A DNA stretch of 64,000 nucleotides from a bacterium (GTDB lineage: Bacteria; UBA8248): the NCBI GenBank assembly GCA_965261085.1, contig OZ253442.1, positions 3,168,001-3,232,000 on the forward strand, given 5' to 3'. A program made the position numbers and the translations under genes. Below the pieces are notes generated by a model. It had not been told where the DNA came from. It saw only the letters and a program-made list of their open reading frames with translations, and searched no databases. Positions 48,286-58,382 of the stretch are shown piece after piece (within the stretch, counting starts at the first letter, position 1; every line of letters begins with the position of its first letter).

Positions 48286-51200
48286 ATGATTAGCCAGCCG
48301 CTGACCAATTTCCGCCGAATACTGGTAGCCAACCGGAGCGAAATCGCCATCCGTGCGTTTCGCGCCGCGGTCGAACTCGGCATCACGACGATCGCGATCT
48401 ACTCACAGGAGGACCGCTTCGCGCTGCACCGCTTCAAGGCCGACGAGGCCTATCCGCTGGGCCGGGGAATGGGCCCGATCGAGGCCTACCTCAGCATCGA
48501 CGAGGTGATCCGCGTTGCGCGCGAGAACGCCGCCGATGCGATCCACCCGGGCTATGGCTTCCTAGCCGAGAACCCGGACTTCGCCGAGGCGTGCGCGAAT
48601 GCGGGAATCGCCTTCGTCGGCCCGCGGCCCGGGATCATGCGCGCACTCGGCAACAAGGTGGCGGCGCGGGAGATCGCGCAATCGGCCGGCGTTCCGGTGG
48701 TTCCGGCGACCGGCCCGCTCCCCCCCGACCCGGAGGATGCCGCGCGTCTCGCCCGGGAGGTCGGTTTTCCCGTCATGCTCAAGGCGAGCTGGGGCGGCGG
48801 CGGGCGCGGAATGCGCACGATCGAGAGCGAGGCCGATCTCGCCGATGGGGTCGAGGCCGCGCGGCGCGAGTGCCTGGCGGCGTTCGGCAATGACGAGGTC
48901 TATCTCGAAAAACTGATTCGCCGCGCGCGCCACGTCGAGGTCCAGATACTCGGTGATAATCACGGCAACCTGGTGCATCTCCACGAGAGGGACTGCTCGG
49001 TGCAGCGGCGCAACCAGAAGATCGTCGAGCGCGCGCCGGCGCATTATCTCGACGCGGCGACCCGCGCGGCGATCCACGAGAGCGCGCTGAAGATCGGCCG
49101 CGCGGTGGGCTACAACAATGCCGGCACCGTCGAGTTCCTCGTCGACGACGACACCGGCGCGTTCCACTTCATCGAGGTCAATCCGCGCATCCAGGTCGAG
49201 CACACGGTCACCGAGGTGGTGACCGGCGTCGACTTGGTGAAGGCGCAGATCCGCATCGCCGACGGGGCCGTGATCGGTAAGCCTGAGAGCGGAATCCCGA
49301 GCCAGGGCGACATTCGGGTGAACGGCCATGCCGTGCAGTGCCGGGTGACCACCGAGGACCCGGAGAACAACTTTATTCCGGATTACGGCGTGCTCACCGC
49401 CTATCGCGGCGCCACCGGGTTCGGCGTGCGCCTCGACGGCGGCACCGCCTATTCGGGCGCCCGAATCACGCCGTTCTACGACTCGCTGCTCGAAAAGGTG
49501 ACGGCATGGGCGCCGACGCTGGATGAGGCGATCCGGCGGATGGACCGGGCGCTCCGCGAATTCCGCATCCGCGGCGTCGCCACCAACCTCGCCTTTCTCG
49601 AGAACGTCATCAGCCATCCGCAGTTCCTCGAAGGCGCTTGCACGACGCGCTTCGTCGACGAGACGCCGGAGCTGTTCAGCTTCGCCTACAGGCGGGACCG
49701 CGCGACCCGGCTGCTGCGCTATGTGGGGGAGGTGATCGTCAACGGCAACGGCGCCGTCGAAGGCCGGCCCGAACCCCCGACGCGCCAGACTCCGAGCGTG
49801 CCGGAGGTTATCGGCGTCGACATACAGGACGGTTCGCGCCAGTTGCTCGATTCCCTCGGTCCTAAGGCTTTCGCCCGGTGGATGCGCGACCAGGAACGGG
49901 TGCTGATGACCGACACCACGTTCCGGGACGCGCATCAGTCGCTGCTGGCGACACGGGTGCGAAGCTACGACCTTATCGCCATCGCGCCGGCCTATGCGCG
50001 GCTGCTGCCCCAGCTTCTCTCGGTCGAATGCTGGGGCGGCGCGACCTTCGACGTGGCGATGCGCTTTCTCGGCGAATGTCCCTGGGCGTGGCTCGAACGG
50101 CTGCGCGCCGCGATGCCCAACCTCCTGACCCAGATGCTGCTGCGCGCGTCGAACGGCGTCGGCTACACCACCTATCCCGACAATGTGGTGCGCTATTTCG
50201 TGCGCCAATCGGCCGAGAACGGGATCGACCTGTTCCGCATCTTCGATTCGCTCAACTGGGTCGAGAACATGCGCCCGGCGATGGACGCGGTGCTGGAGAC
50301 CGGCAAGCTCTGCGAGGCGGCGATCTGCTACACCGGCGACATCACCGACCCCAACCGCACCAAGTACGACCTCGGGTACTATGTCGCGCTCGCCCGCGAG
50401 CTTGAGGCCGCGGGCGCCCATATCCTGGGCCTCAAGGACATGGCGGGTCTGTGCAAGCCGGCGGCGGCCCGGCTCCTCGTCGAGACCCTGAGGCAGGAGA
50501 TCGGCATCCCCATCCACTTCCACACCCACGACACCAGCGGGATTTCCGCGGCAAGCGCGCTCGCCGCGGTGGAGGCCGGGGTCGACGCCGTCGATGTGGC
50601 GATGGATTCGATGAGCGGGCTCACCTCCCAGCCGAGCTTCGGCTCGATCACCGCGGCTTTGCGCCACTCCGCGCGAGACCCCGGAATCGACCCCGATACG
50701 GTGATGACGCTGTCCACCTATTGGGAGCAGGTGCGCAACCTCTATCGCGCCTTCGAGAGCGATTTCCGCGCCGGCACGTCGGATGTCTACAACCACGAAA
50801 TTCCGGGCGGCCAGTACACCAATCTGCGCGAGCAGGCGCGGGCGCTGGGTATCGACAACCAGCGCTGGCCGGAGGTCTCGCGGACTTATGCCGAGGTCAA
50901 CCGAATGTTCGGCGACATCGTGAAGGTCACCCCGTCCTCCAAGGTGGTCGGCGACATGGCGCTGATGATGGTGACGGGCGGGCTGACGCCGGAAGACGTG
51001 GCCAGCCCCGACCGCGAGATCGCCTTTCCGGAATCGGTGGTCTCGCTGTTCGCGGGCGAGATGGGGCAGCCGCATGGCGGCTTCCCGCGCGCCCTGCAGG
51101 AGAAGATCCTCAAGGGGCGGGAGCCGATCACCGTACGGCCCGGCTCGGTGATGCCCGACGCCGATCTCGAAGCCTGCCGCGAGGAGGCGGAAAGGTGCGC

Positions 51201-51750
51201 CCAGCGCCCGATCAGCGATGTCGAGTTCGCGTCCTGGCTGATGTACCCGCAGGTTTTCGCCGACTACGCCGCCGCGCGGCGCAAATACGGCGATGTCAGC
51301 GTGCTGCCGACGCCGGTTTATTTCTACGGAATGGAACCGGGCGAGGAGGTCGCCGTCGATATCGCGCGCGGGCGCACCCTGTTCATCCGCTACGTCGCGC
51401 GCAGCGAGACCGACCGGAAGGGCGAATGCACGGTCTTCTTCGAGTTGAACGGGCAGCCCCGGACGGTGCGCGTCGCCGACCGCAGCGCCGCCGCCGCGGA
51501 CATGGCGCTGCCCAAGGCCGAGGAAGGCAACCCCGGCCACCTCGGCGCGCCGATGCCGGGGATGGTGGTCAAGGTGTTCTTCGCCGAAGGCGAGGCGGTC
51601 GAGGAAGGCGACGTGTTGGTGGCGATCGAGGCGATGAAGATGGAAACCGTGATCCGCGCCGAGCGGAGCGGCGTCGTCCAGGAGGTCGTTGCGCCGGCCG
51701 GCACCACGGTCGACGCCAAGGATCTGCTGGTCGTCGTCGGCGACGCCTAG
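48286..51750 (+). CDS. pyc: Pyruvate carboxylase
   Basis: ANRSEIA, GGGGRGMR, RDAHQS, HFHTHDT, DIVKVTPSSK, biotinyl EAMKM. Confidence 0.97.
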   Translation: MISQPLTNFRRILVANRSEIAIRAFRAAVELGITTIAIYSQEDRFALHRFKADEAYPLGRGMGPIEAYLSIDEVIRVARENAADAIHPGYGFLAENPDFAEACANAGIAFVGPRPGIMRALGNKVAAREIAQSAGVPVVPATGPLPPDPEDAARLAREVGFPVMLKASWGGGGRGMRTIESEADLADGVEAARRECLAAFGNDEVYLEKLIRRARHVEVQILGDNHGNLVHLHERDCSVQRRNQKIVERAPAHYLDAATRAAIHESALKIGRAVGYNNAGTVEFLVDDDTGAFHFIEVNPRIQVEHTVTEVVTGVDLVKAQIRIADGAVIGKPESGIPSQGDIRVNGHAVQCRVTTEDPENNFIPDYGVLTAYRGATGFGVRLDGGTAYSGARITPFYDSLLEKVTAWAPTLDEAIRRMDRALREFRIRGVATNLAFLENVISHPQFLEGACTTRFVDETPELFSFAYRRDRATRLLRYVGEVIVNGNGAVEGRPEPPTRQTPSVPEVIGVDIQDGSRQLLDSLGPKAFARWMRDQERVLMTDTTFRDAHQSLLATRVRSYDLIAIAPAYARLLPQLLSVECWGGATFDVAMRFLGECPWAWLERLRAAMPNLLTQMLLRASNGVGYTTYPDNVVRYFVRQSAENGIDLFRIFDSLNWVENMRPAMDAVLETGKLCEAAICYTGDITDPNRTKYDLGYYVALARELEAAGAHILGLKDMAGLCKPAAARLLVETLRQEIGIPIHFHTHDTSGISAASALAAVEAGVDAVDVAMDSMSGLTSQPSFGSITAALRHSARDPGIDPDTVMTLSTYWEQVRNLYRAFESDFRAGTSDVYNHEIPGGQYTNLREQARALGIDNQRWPEVSRTYAEVNRMFGDIVKVTPSSKVVGDMALMMVTGGLTPEDVASPDREIAFPESVVSLFAGEMGQPHGGFPRALQEKILKGREPITVRPGSVMPDADLEACREEAERCAQRPISDVEFASWLMYPQVFADYAAARRKYGDVSVLPTPVYFYGMEPGEEVAVDIARGRTLFIRYVARSETDRKGECTVFFELNGQPRTVRVADRSAAAADMALPKAEEGNPGHLGAPMPGMVVKVFFAEGEAVEEGDVLVAIEAMKMETVIRAERSGVVQEVVAPAGTTVDAKDLLVVVGDA

Positions 51751-52041
51751 CGCGCCGGACCGGACGGCAACAAACCGGGGGATGAGGAACGTACCTCGCG
51801 AGCTTAAGCCAAAGGGGTTCCGAACGCATCGGCGCCCGCATCGACGGTGATTTTTCCAGTTCGTCCACATCGAGACGAAGGCGCATTCGCCCGCATTTGC
51901 GGTGACGGGTTTTCGGGGCGATGGGGTATGCTCGGAAGGCCGCCCGACGGCCTTCGGTTTTTCAGGCGGCGGAACGGGCGCGGACCGCAGGAGTCGGGTG
52001 GTCGCTCAGGCGAAGTGAGGGACATGCAAAATGCAAAAAAT

Positions 52042-52125
52042 AGGGACTTATATACTTAACTATGCAGCATTAAGTATATATTTCTGGGTGTTACCACCCT
52101 GCGGGGAAAGTCCCTCCCGCAATAT
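52042..52125 (-). ncRNA. Putative omegaRNA/reRNA scaffold at the tnpB 3' end
   Basis: Three hairpins plus 8-nt complementarity between AGGGACUU and the terminal AAGUCCCU (pseudoknot). Confidence 0.55.
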
Positions 52126-52489
52126 ATTTATACTAGCATTTATGTCTCTATCCATAGAATGCCCACAATGTTTACATTCATACATCCTATCTCGAAGTGT
52201 CAATTTCTTATCAGGTAATTTTCCACAATTACTACATCTTTGTGTGGTATTCTTTGGATTAATTTTCTTTACCCATCCACCAGCATTTTCAGCTTTGTAA
52301 GTAAGTAATTGATAAAACAAACCCCAAGTCTGTTCTAACATATTTCGATTCTTTCTTTGCCTTGTATCTCATAATGCAATATTCGAGACTTGAATTCCAT
52401 AATTGTCTTTGTTGTTCTAAAAACAATTCAAGATTTTTATGTGTTGATTTACTTAAATATGCTTTATGTGTTTTGGTATAAATAGGAAT
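52060..52489 (-). pseudogene. tnpB: tnpB remnant: ~45-aa N-terminus fused out of frame to ~100-aa C-terminus
   Basis: N part KTHKAYLSKSTHKNLELFLEQQRQLWNSSLE; C part NRNMLEQTWGLFYQLLTYKA, TTQRCSNC, CKHC, DRDINASINI. Confidence 0.85.
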
Positions 52490-52744
52490 AGCTGACTCTC
52501 CACCTTAGAGTTAGGAGCCTTGGGAATTCGCGTTCCGTGAAGGCTATTACTTCTATTTATACAATATAAAATTTCTCCACATAGTTAAGTTTATAATTCC
52601 CAAAAAATAATATGTGAAAATATCGATAAAATTCGATAAATTCACGATGGTTTTCGATAAATAAATGAATGCTTTTGGGAGGGTCGAAAAGACGCCGCCG
52701 CATCGCGGCGCAGGGGAATTCTGCCATGGCCCACTACTCCTGCG

Positions 52745-53157
52745 ATGACGGAAAATGCGCGGATTTACGGGGAGTTGCGCGCACGCGCGGGATACCCGCC
52801 GCTGGGACCGCTCCTTCGGGGCGAGGTCGAGGCGTTCCTGGCCGTGAGCGGGACTAAGGCCTCGATACTGGGCGAGGAGGCCGCGGGCAATCCCTCCTTC
52901 GCGGGGAGGCTGCGCCGGGGGACCTCGCCGCGCCTTGCGACCTTCGACCGGGTGCGGGCCTGGATGGCGGCCAACGCGAGCGAGGACGAGCTCCGGGCCA
53001 TCCGCGTGAGGCTGGCGGACGTAGCGGACCCTTTCGCCGGGAGGGGGGACGCCGTACAGGCCCCGTCTGCCGGGGCAGACACCGAACGGGAAGGAGACCT
53101 GCGCATGCACGGGGACGCCGGGAACCGCCTGGACACGCGGGAGGCGGCCGCCTACAG
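52745..53157 (+). pseudogene. Phage/ICE Cro-like HTH protein followed by a truncated excisionase-like HTH
   Basis: EVEAFL..SG....LG..A.GNPSF..RLRRG.SPRLATFDRVRAWM, then MHGDAGNRLDTREAAAY breaking off at about 53157. Confidence 0.55.
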
Positions 53158-53496
53158 GTCGGGTGAGGACGCAACCAATGAAACACAACGCACTGAAGTC
53201 ATTCAATTCATTACGGGCCGGACCCTTAGGCAATTCTTCGTTGAAGAATCGTGAGCCACGGCGTCGTTGGTCGCCTGCTGGACTTCGGCGCCGGGCGCAT
53301 CCGAGCGGCCACGGCGGATGTGCTCAAGGGAACGGCCGTCGAGATGTTTGTGTCTGATCTCGAAGTCGTGTAGATTACCCTCACCTAGTATCCTTAGCGT
53401 GGGCTGTTCATACGATGTTGCGGGTCTTGCGGTTAATGCCGGGGGCCGACAATTCAAGCTAGCGGGAATGCCCAATCTATAGAGGAGCATGGTGCA

Positions 53497-55266
53497 ATGT
53501 CATCTCGCCGAGCCCTGATCGATGTTGCCCTTGGCAATGAACCGGCGGAGCTCGCGATAACGAACGGTCGTGTCGTCAATGTACTGACCCGTGAAATCTA
53601 CAGCGCCGGGGTCGCAATCAAGGGCGACCGGATTGCGGCGGTCGGCGACATCGATTATGCGATCGATGAGAACACAGAAGTGATCGACGCGGAAAATCGC
53701 TATGTGACACCCGGCCTGATCGACGGCCACCTCCATATGTATCACTCCTACCTAGGCGTTAACGAGTTCGTCGAGGGGATGCTGCGCCATGGCGTCACCG
53801 CCTACGCAGACGGCTTCTATGGCCAGGGGATCGTCGGCGGTCGGGACGCGGTCCGATTTTTCAAGGATGCGTTAGAGGCCACCCCTCTCAGGCTTATATT
53901 CTTGGTTCCCACTCTCGCGCACCTGCAGAACCGCGAACTCGGCCTCAAGCCCGCACCAGGCATCAGCGTCGAAGAGATGAACGAGATGCTTGACTGGGAA
54001 GGCTGCCTGGGCTTGGAGGAGCCGCCGTTCTTGCCGATCTGCGAGAAGTGGAACGATTATCTGGACCTCTTCGACCGGTGCCTGGAGCAGCGCAAAACGA
54101 TTACGGGGCATGGCGCCGGTGCCAATTGGCGCCAGATGCAAGCATATGCCGCGGTCGGAACCAGTACCGAACACGAGGCCATTGCGGCCAACGAGGCGGT
54201 CGACAAGGCCCGGGCCGGCTTTCGCCTGCTCATGCGCCTCGGGTCAGGCGCGATTGACGTGCCGGAGCTCGTCAAGGCGTATCTTGAGCACAAGATCGAT
54301 CCGAGAACGCTTGCCATGTGCGCTGATCTTGCATCGCCGGAGAAACTGCTGCGCGAGGGCGGGGTCGACGCAAATATCCGCTTGGCCATTCGAAATGGCG
54401 TGCCGCCCGATCTCGCGGTTCAGATGGCGACCATCAATGTTGCCGAGGCCTTCTATCTGCAGCGGGATATGGGGGCGGTTGCTCCTGGCCGCTACGCTGA
54501 CATCCTGCTCGTCGACGACCTGGCCACATTTGATATCACTCGCGTATTCGTCGGCGGGGAGACCGTAGTCCGGGACGGCGAGTTCCTGGCGGATCTGACC
54601 CCCATCGAGTATCCAAGCAACTTCCGTGGGACGGTCAAGATCGAGCGTGAGATCACCGCTGGTAATCTCGAACCACGGACCGATGCCAAGGGCCCAGTGA
54701 CCGTTCGAGTGATCGGCGTGACGGACGGCAGCCTCGTAACCGATGATGGAAGGGCGGTCCTCAACGTCGAAGACGGCGTGATACAACCGGATCTCGTCAA
54801 CGACGTCCTGCCGCTGACGATGGCCGATCGGTTCGGCAAGGGAAAGGGGCGCATCGGTAACGGCTACGTCCGCGGCTTCGGACTAAAGCGCGGGGCGATT
54901 GCGTCGACTGTCAACGCCGTCTGCGAGAATCTGGTTGCGGTCGGCGCGAGCACATCCGATATGGCATTTGCCATGAACAAGCTCGCCGAGATCGGTGGCG
55001 GGAAGATCGTCGTTGCCGATGGTGAGATCCTCGCGCTGGTGGAGTTGCCCCTTCTCGGGCTTTTGTCCGAAGAACCGACGGAGGCGGTTACGGCGAAGTT
55101 CGATAAGGTGTTCGACGCCATACGCGAACTCGGGTGCGATCTCGCGAGCCCGTTCTCACAGCTTGAGTTCAGCTTCGCCTGCGGCGAAATCGGCGACCTG
55201 CGACTTTCTGACGAAGGGTTGTTGCGGGTTGACCCACCGGAGATGGTGTCGTTGGTCGTGGCATGA
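53497..55266 (+). CDS. Adenine deaminase-like amidohydrolase (divergent active site)
   Basis: PGLIDGHLH, MATINVA, GAVAPGRYADI, GFGLKRGAIAST, LPLLGLLS; full Ade architecture. Confidence 0.85.
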   Translation: MSSRRALIDVALGNEPAELAITNGRVVNVLTREIYSAGVAIKGDRIAAVGDIDYAIDENTEVIDAENRYVTPGLIDGHLHMYHSYLGVNEFVEGMLRHGVTAYADGFYGQGIVGGRDAVRFFKDALEATPLRLIFLVPTLAHLQNRELGLKPAPGISVEEMNEMLDWEGCLGLEEPPFLPICEKWNDYLDLFDRCLEQRKTITGHGAGANWRQMQAYAAVGTSTEHEAIAANEAVDKARAGFRLLMRLGSGAIDVPELVKAYLEHKIDPRTLAMCADLASPEKLLREGGVDANIRLAIRNGVPPDLAVQMATINVAEAFYLQRDMGAVAPGRYADILLVDDLATFDITRVFVGGETVVRDGEFLADLTPIEYPSNFRGTVKIEREITAGNLEPRTDAKGPVTVRVIGVTDGSLVTDDGRAVLNVEDGVIQPDLVNDVLPLTMADRFGKGKGRIGNGYVRGFGLKRGAIASTVNAVCENLVAVGASTSDMAFAMNKLAEIGGGKIVVADGEILALVELPLLGLLSEEPTEAVTAKFDKVFDAIRELGCDLASPFSQLEFSFACGEIGDLRLSDEGLLRVDPPEMVSLVVA

Positions 55267-55294
55267 CGCAAACCGGAAACACGAGGGCGAGATC

Positions 55295-56056
55295 ATGAGT
55301 AATGGAAAGCTGGCGGGCCGAGTCGCAATCGTGACCGGTGGATCGCGGGGGCTTGGACAGGCGATTGCGTGGGAATTCGCGAATGAGGGTGCTGACGTGG
55401 CGGTGGTCGGGCGAGACGAAGGCGCCCTCGCTGAAACAGTTCTCGGCATCGAGCAGCGTGGCGGAAAGGCCGTCGCTATCGCGGCGGAACTCCGTGAAGT
55501 CGCCTCGATTCCTGGGGTCTTCGACAAAGCCGAGAAGGAACTCGGCGAATCGACGATCCTTGTCAATAGTGCGGGCCTACAGGGGGATCGTCCTGCACTC
55601 GATGTCACTGAGGACCAATATGACGAGGTAGCCGATACCAACATGAAGGCGCTGTTCTTCTGCTGCCAGGAGGCCGGCAAGCGGTGGATCGATCGCAAGA
55701 GTGGAGGGCGCATCATCAACCTCGGTTCTATTTTCGCCGTCGTCGGGATGCCTAATTTCTCGGTCTATTGTTCAACAAAAGGCGGCGTGCTGCTGCTGTC
55801 CAAAGCTCTCGCGATCGAGTGGGGGAAACACGGAATTAACGTCAACCTAATCGGCCCCTGCGCCACGATGACAGACATGGTCAGGCCGCTGTTCGACGAC
55901 CCCGCATTCAAGGCAGCGTACATGCCGAGGGTGCCCGCCGGCGCCCTGCCTGATCCCTTGGACATCGGTAGAGCTGCCGTCTTCTTGGCCTCGGACGACG
56001 CACGGATGATTCATGGACACCATCTACTCGTCGACTCCGGCTATACGACCAACTAA
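55295..56056 (+). CDS. SDR family oxidoreductase
   Basis: TGGSRGLG, NSAG, YCSTK, VDSGY. Confidence 0.93.
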   Translation: MSNGKLAGRVAIVTGGSRGLGQAIAWEFANEGADVAVVGRDEGALAETVLGIEQRGGKAVAIAAELREVASIPGVFDKAEKELGESTILVNSAGLQGDRPALDVTEDQYDEVADTNMKALFFCCQEAGKRWIDRKSGGRIINLGSIFAVVGMPNFSVYCSTKGGVLLLSKALAIEWGKHGINVNLIGPCATMTDMVRPLFDDPAFKAAYMPRVPAGALPDPLDIGRAAVFLASDDARMIHGHHLLVDSGYTTN

Positions 56057-56074
56057 TCGAGGTTCGGGGGAGCT

Positions 56075-57178
56075 GTGACCCTGGTGACTGACCAGAGCGA
56101 AACACCAGGCGGTCCTGCAACAGGCGACCATTTCGGTAACGGTCCCCAACAGGAAACGACTTGGGCCGTCGGCGCTTTGGAACGAACGCGTGGTTTGTTG
56201 CGTCTCGAGGTGCAGCTACTGCTCGCCCTCGTCCTCCTCTACCTCGGGTTTTCGATCATAGAACCCGACATCTTTATTTCCGTTAGGACAATTGAGAATC
56301 TCGCCAGACAGGCGGGGGTGCTGCTGGTCGTCAGCGTTGGGCAGATGCTGGTGCTTGTCGTGGGTGGTTTCGACATCTCGGTCGGCGCGACTGCGGGATT
56401 CGCCTCCACAGCGCTCGCGCTGCTCGTTGACGATTTCGGGTTGTACGGGGCCATCACAGCGGCGTTGGCGCTTGGAGCCGTTGTTGGATCCGTCAACGGT
56501 CTTGTTATCGCGTATCTGGGGGTCAACCCCTTTGTGGCTACTTTGGCGATGCTGACATTCCTGACCGGATTGTCAAACGAACTGAGCAGCGGTGCTTCGG
56601 TTCCGATTACCGCCCGGGGAGTGAGTGCGTTCGGGGCGGACGAGTGGGGGCCGCTGCCGGGGACAATAAGCATTGGACTGGTTGTCGTATTCATTGCGTA
56701 CCTGCTTCTCAACCGCGTCAGGGCGGGTCTCTACATCTATGCGATCGGGGGGTCTCGTGAGACGGCGCGTCTGTCGGGGATTTCGGTCGCCCGTTACGAG
56801 GTTCTTGCCTATGCGATGTGTGGCCTTTTTGCGGCCGTCGCCGGGGTCATGCTCGCATCCAGGGTCACGCTTGGACAGGCAAGTCTCGGGGCTGGTTTGG
56901 AGCTTGAATCTATCGCCGCGGCGGTAATTGGGGGCGCCGCGATCGGTGGCGGAGTCGGTCGACTGCTTGGCGCTGCGATGGGGGTGGGGATCCTGACGGT
57001 ACTCACCAGCGGTCTCGAGATCGTCGGTATTTCGGAGTTCGCGCGCCAGATGGTTACCGGCGTTGTGCTGGTCGTAGCGGTCGCCTTCAACCAACGACGA
57101 CGGCTAGGTGAATGGGCGATCTTCAAGCGAGCTAAATCACTGCTTCGCGGCCGCGGGGCACGGTCCAGCGGTCCTTGA
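56075..57178 (+). CDS. CUT2 (RbsC-like) ABC permease
   Basis: GGFDISVG, PFVATL, YAIGGSRETARLSGI, IAAAVIGG. Confidence 0.92.
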   Translation: MTLVTDQSETPGGPATGDHFGNGPQQETTWAVGALERTRGLLRLEVQLLLALVLLYLGFSIIEPDIFISVRTIENLARQAGVLLVVSVGQMLVLVVGGFDISVGATAGFASTALALLVDDFGLYGAITAALALGAVVGSVNGLVIAYLGVNPFVATLAMLTFLTGLSNELSSGASVPITARGVSAFGADEWGPLPGTISIGLVVVFIAYLLLNRVRAGLYIYAIGGSRETARLSGISVARYEVLAYAMCGLFAAVAGVMLASRVTLGQASLGAGLELESIAAAVIGGAAIGGGVGRLLGAAMGVGILTVLTSGLEIVGISEFARQMVTGVVLVVAVAFNQRRRLGEWAIFKRAKSLLRGRGARSSGP

Positions 57179-57214
57179 CGCAACATATCGTTTTCACTGC
57201 CAAAGGAGAACACA

Positions 57215-58339
57215 ATGCGAATGAAATCTTTGATTGCCCTGCTGAGTTTCGTCATGTTTATGCCTATGTTCTGGGGAGGGAACGAGGTTAGCGCCCAGAC
57301 CATCAAAATCAGTCCCAACGATAAAGCCTATGCGAAGTATCAGGCGCTTCCGACGGCGAAGAAGTTGCATTCGAATCTTCCCTGCACGGTTTCTCCTACC
57401 CCAGAGGAAGCCGCGGCGTACCGCGTGCCAAAGGCGAAGCGCAGATACACAATCGGCTTTATGGAGCCCACGTTGGCCGGACACTACTATCAGGCAGGTT
57501 CCAGCGGCGCGGTTAAGGCTGCTGCCGAAGCGGGCGTGAAGCTGGAGTTCGTTTCGGCGGGTACCGGATACGCGTCGCCCGAGCAGCAGTTCAAACAGGC
57601 CGAGCGTCTCCTGCTGAAAGATGTAGACGCAGTCGCAGTCATCCCGACCGATATTCAGGGTGGCGTCGCAATCACCAATCTTTTCCTCCGCGAGAAAATT
57701 CCGGTTGTGATCGTGGCTACTGAGGCTAGCTCGCCAGATGCATACATGATTATGCAGGACGACTACCAGATGGGTCGTGATTCGGCTGACCTACTGGTGA
57801 AAGCGCTCGGCCCAAATGCCGGGTCGGGCATCGTGATCGCCGGTCCAGCCAACGCCACCTGGTCGGCCAAACGGGCAGCCGGTTTCGCGGATCGGGTTAA
57901 AGAACGGTACCCGGGTGTCAAGATCGTCGTCTCGGCGACGCAGAATGTCGATCCTGCCCAAGGGCTGAAATCATTCGAGAACGCGGTTCAGGCCCATCCT
58001 GATATCAAATGGGTGTATTCGGTCTTTAACCTGCTACTTGATCCCGACTCGTTGCCAGCGCGGTACAAGAACGTGGCTTTCATCACGAACGGTTTGGACC
58101 CTGCCTCCATTGGGGATTTGAAAGAGGGTCAATACTCGACGATCATAGGCATCACACCGACTCCGATGGGGTATCAGGGGGTCGGTCACGCTGTGTCGAT
58201 CCTGAATGGCGATCAAAACGTGCCCGCCCTGGTGTGCATCCCGCTGACGCGGTACACCGCAGATGACATGCCGCCCGACAAAACTGCGGTGACGTTGGAG
58301 CTTATCCAGAAAGGGTTTGAGGTCTCGGCTCAAAAATGA
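57215..58339 (+). CDS. CUT2 (RbsB-like) ABC substrate-binding protein
   Basis: Signal peptide, AAAEAGV, KRAAGF, AHPDIK; AAGGAG RBS. Confidence 0.88.
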   Translation: MRMKSLIALLSFVMFMPMFWGGNEVSAQTIKISPNDKAYAKYQALPTAKKLHSNLPCTVSPTPEEAAAYRVPKAKRRYTIGFMEPTLAGHYYQAGSSGAVKAAAEAGVKLEFVSAGTGYASPEQQFKQAERLLLKDVDAVAVIPTDIQGGVAITNLFLREKIPVVIVATEASSPDAYMIMQDDYQMGRDSADLLVKALGPNAGSGIVIAGPANATWSAKRAAGFADRVKERYPGVKIVVSATQNVDPAQGLKSFENAVQAHPDIKWVYSVFNLLLDPDSLPARYKNVAFITNGLDPASIGDLKEGQYSTIIGITPTPMGYQGVGHAVSILNGDQNVPALVCIPLTRYTADDMPPDKTAVTLELIQKGFEVSAQK

Positions 58340-58382
58340 CCAACCAGCAGCGCTTCGCTCGCAAGCTTGGTGGTCACAGAGG

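Larger units (their letters stand above)
52042..52680 (-). mobile_element. AT-rich non-autonomous IS200/IS605- or IS607-type element carrying an internally deleted tnpB
   Basis: Sharp AT-rich island; TnpB N- and C-terminal fragments, structured ends, no tnpA; boundaries approximate. Confidence 0.75.

Noticed and set aside
48562-51870. 1102-aa ORF antisense to pyc, and similar long shadow ORFs (1114..2640, 41404..42159, 61080..62678)
   Set aside because: Antisense shadows of GC-rich genes with no recognisable motifs
52620-52662. TCGATAAA repeats or the 40.35-kb repeats as a CRISPR array
   Set aside because: Too short or inverted, no repeat-spacer periodicity and no cas genes
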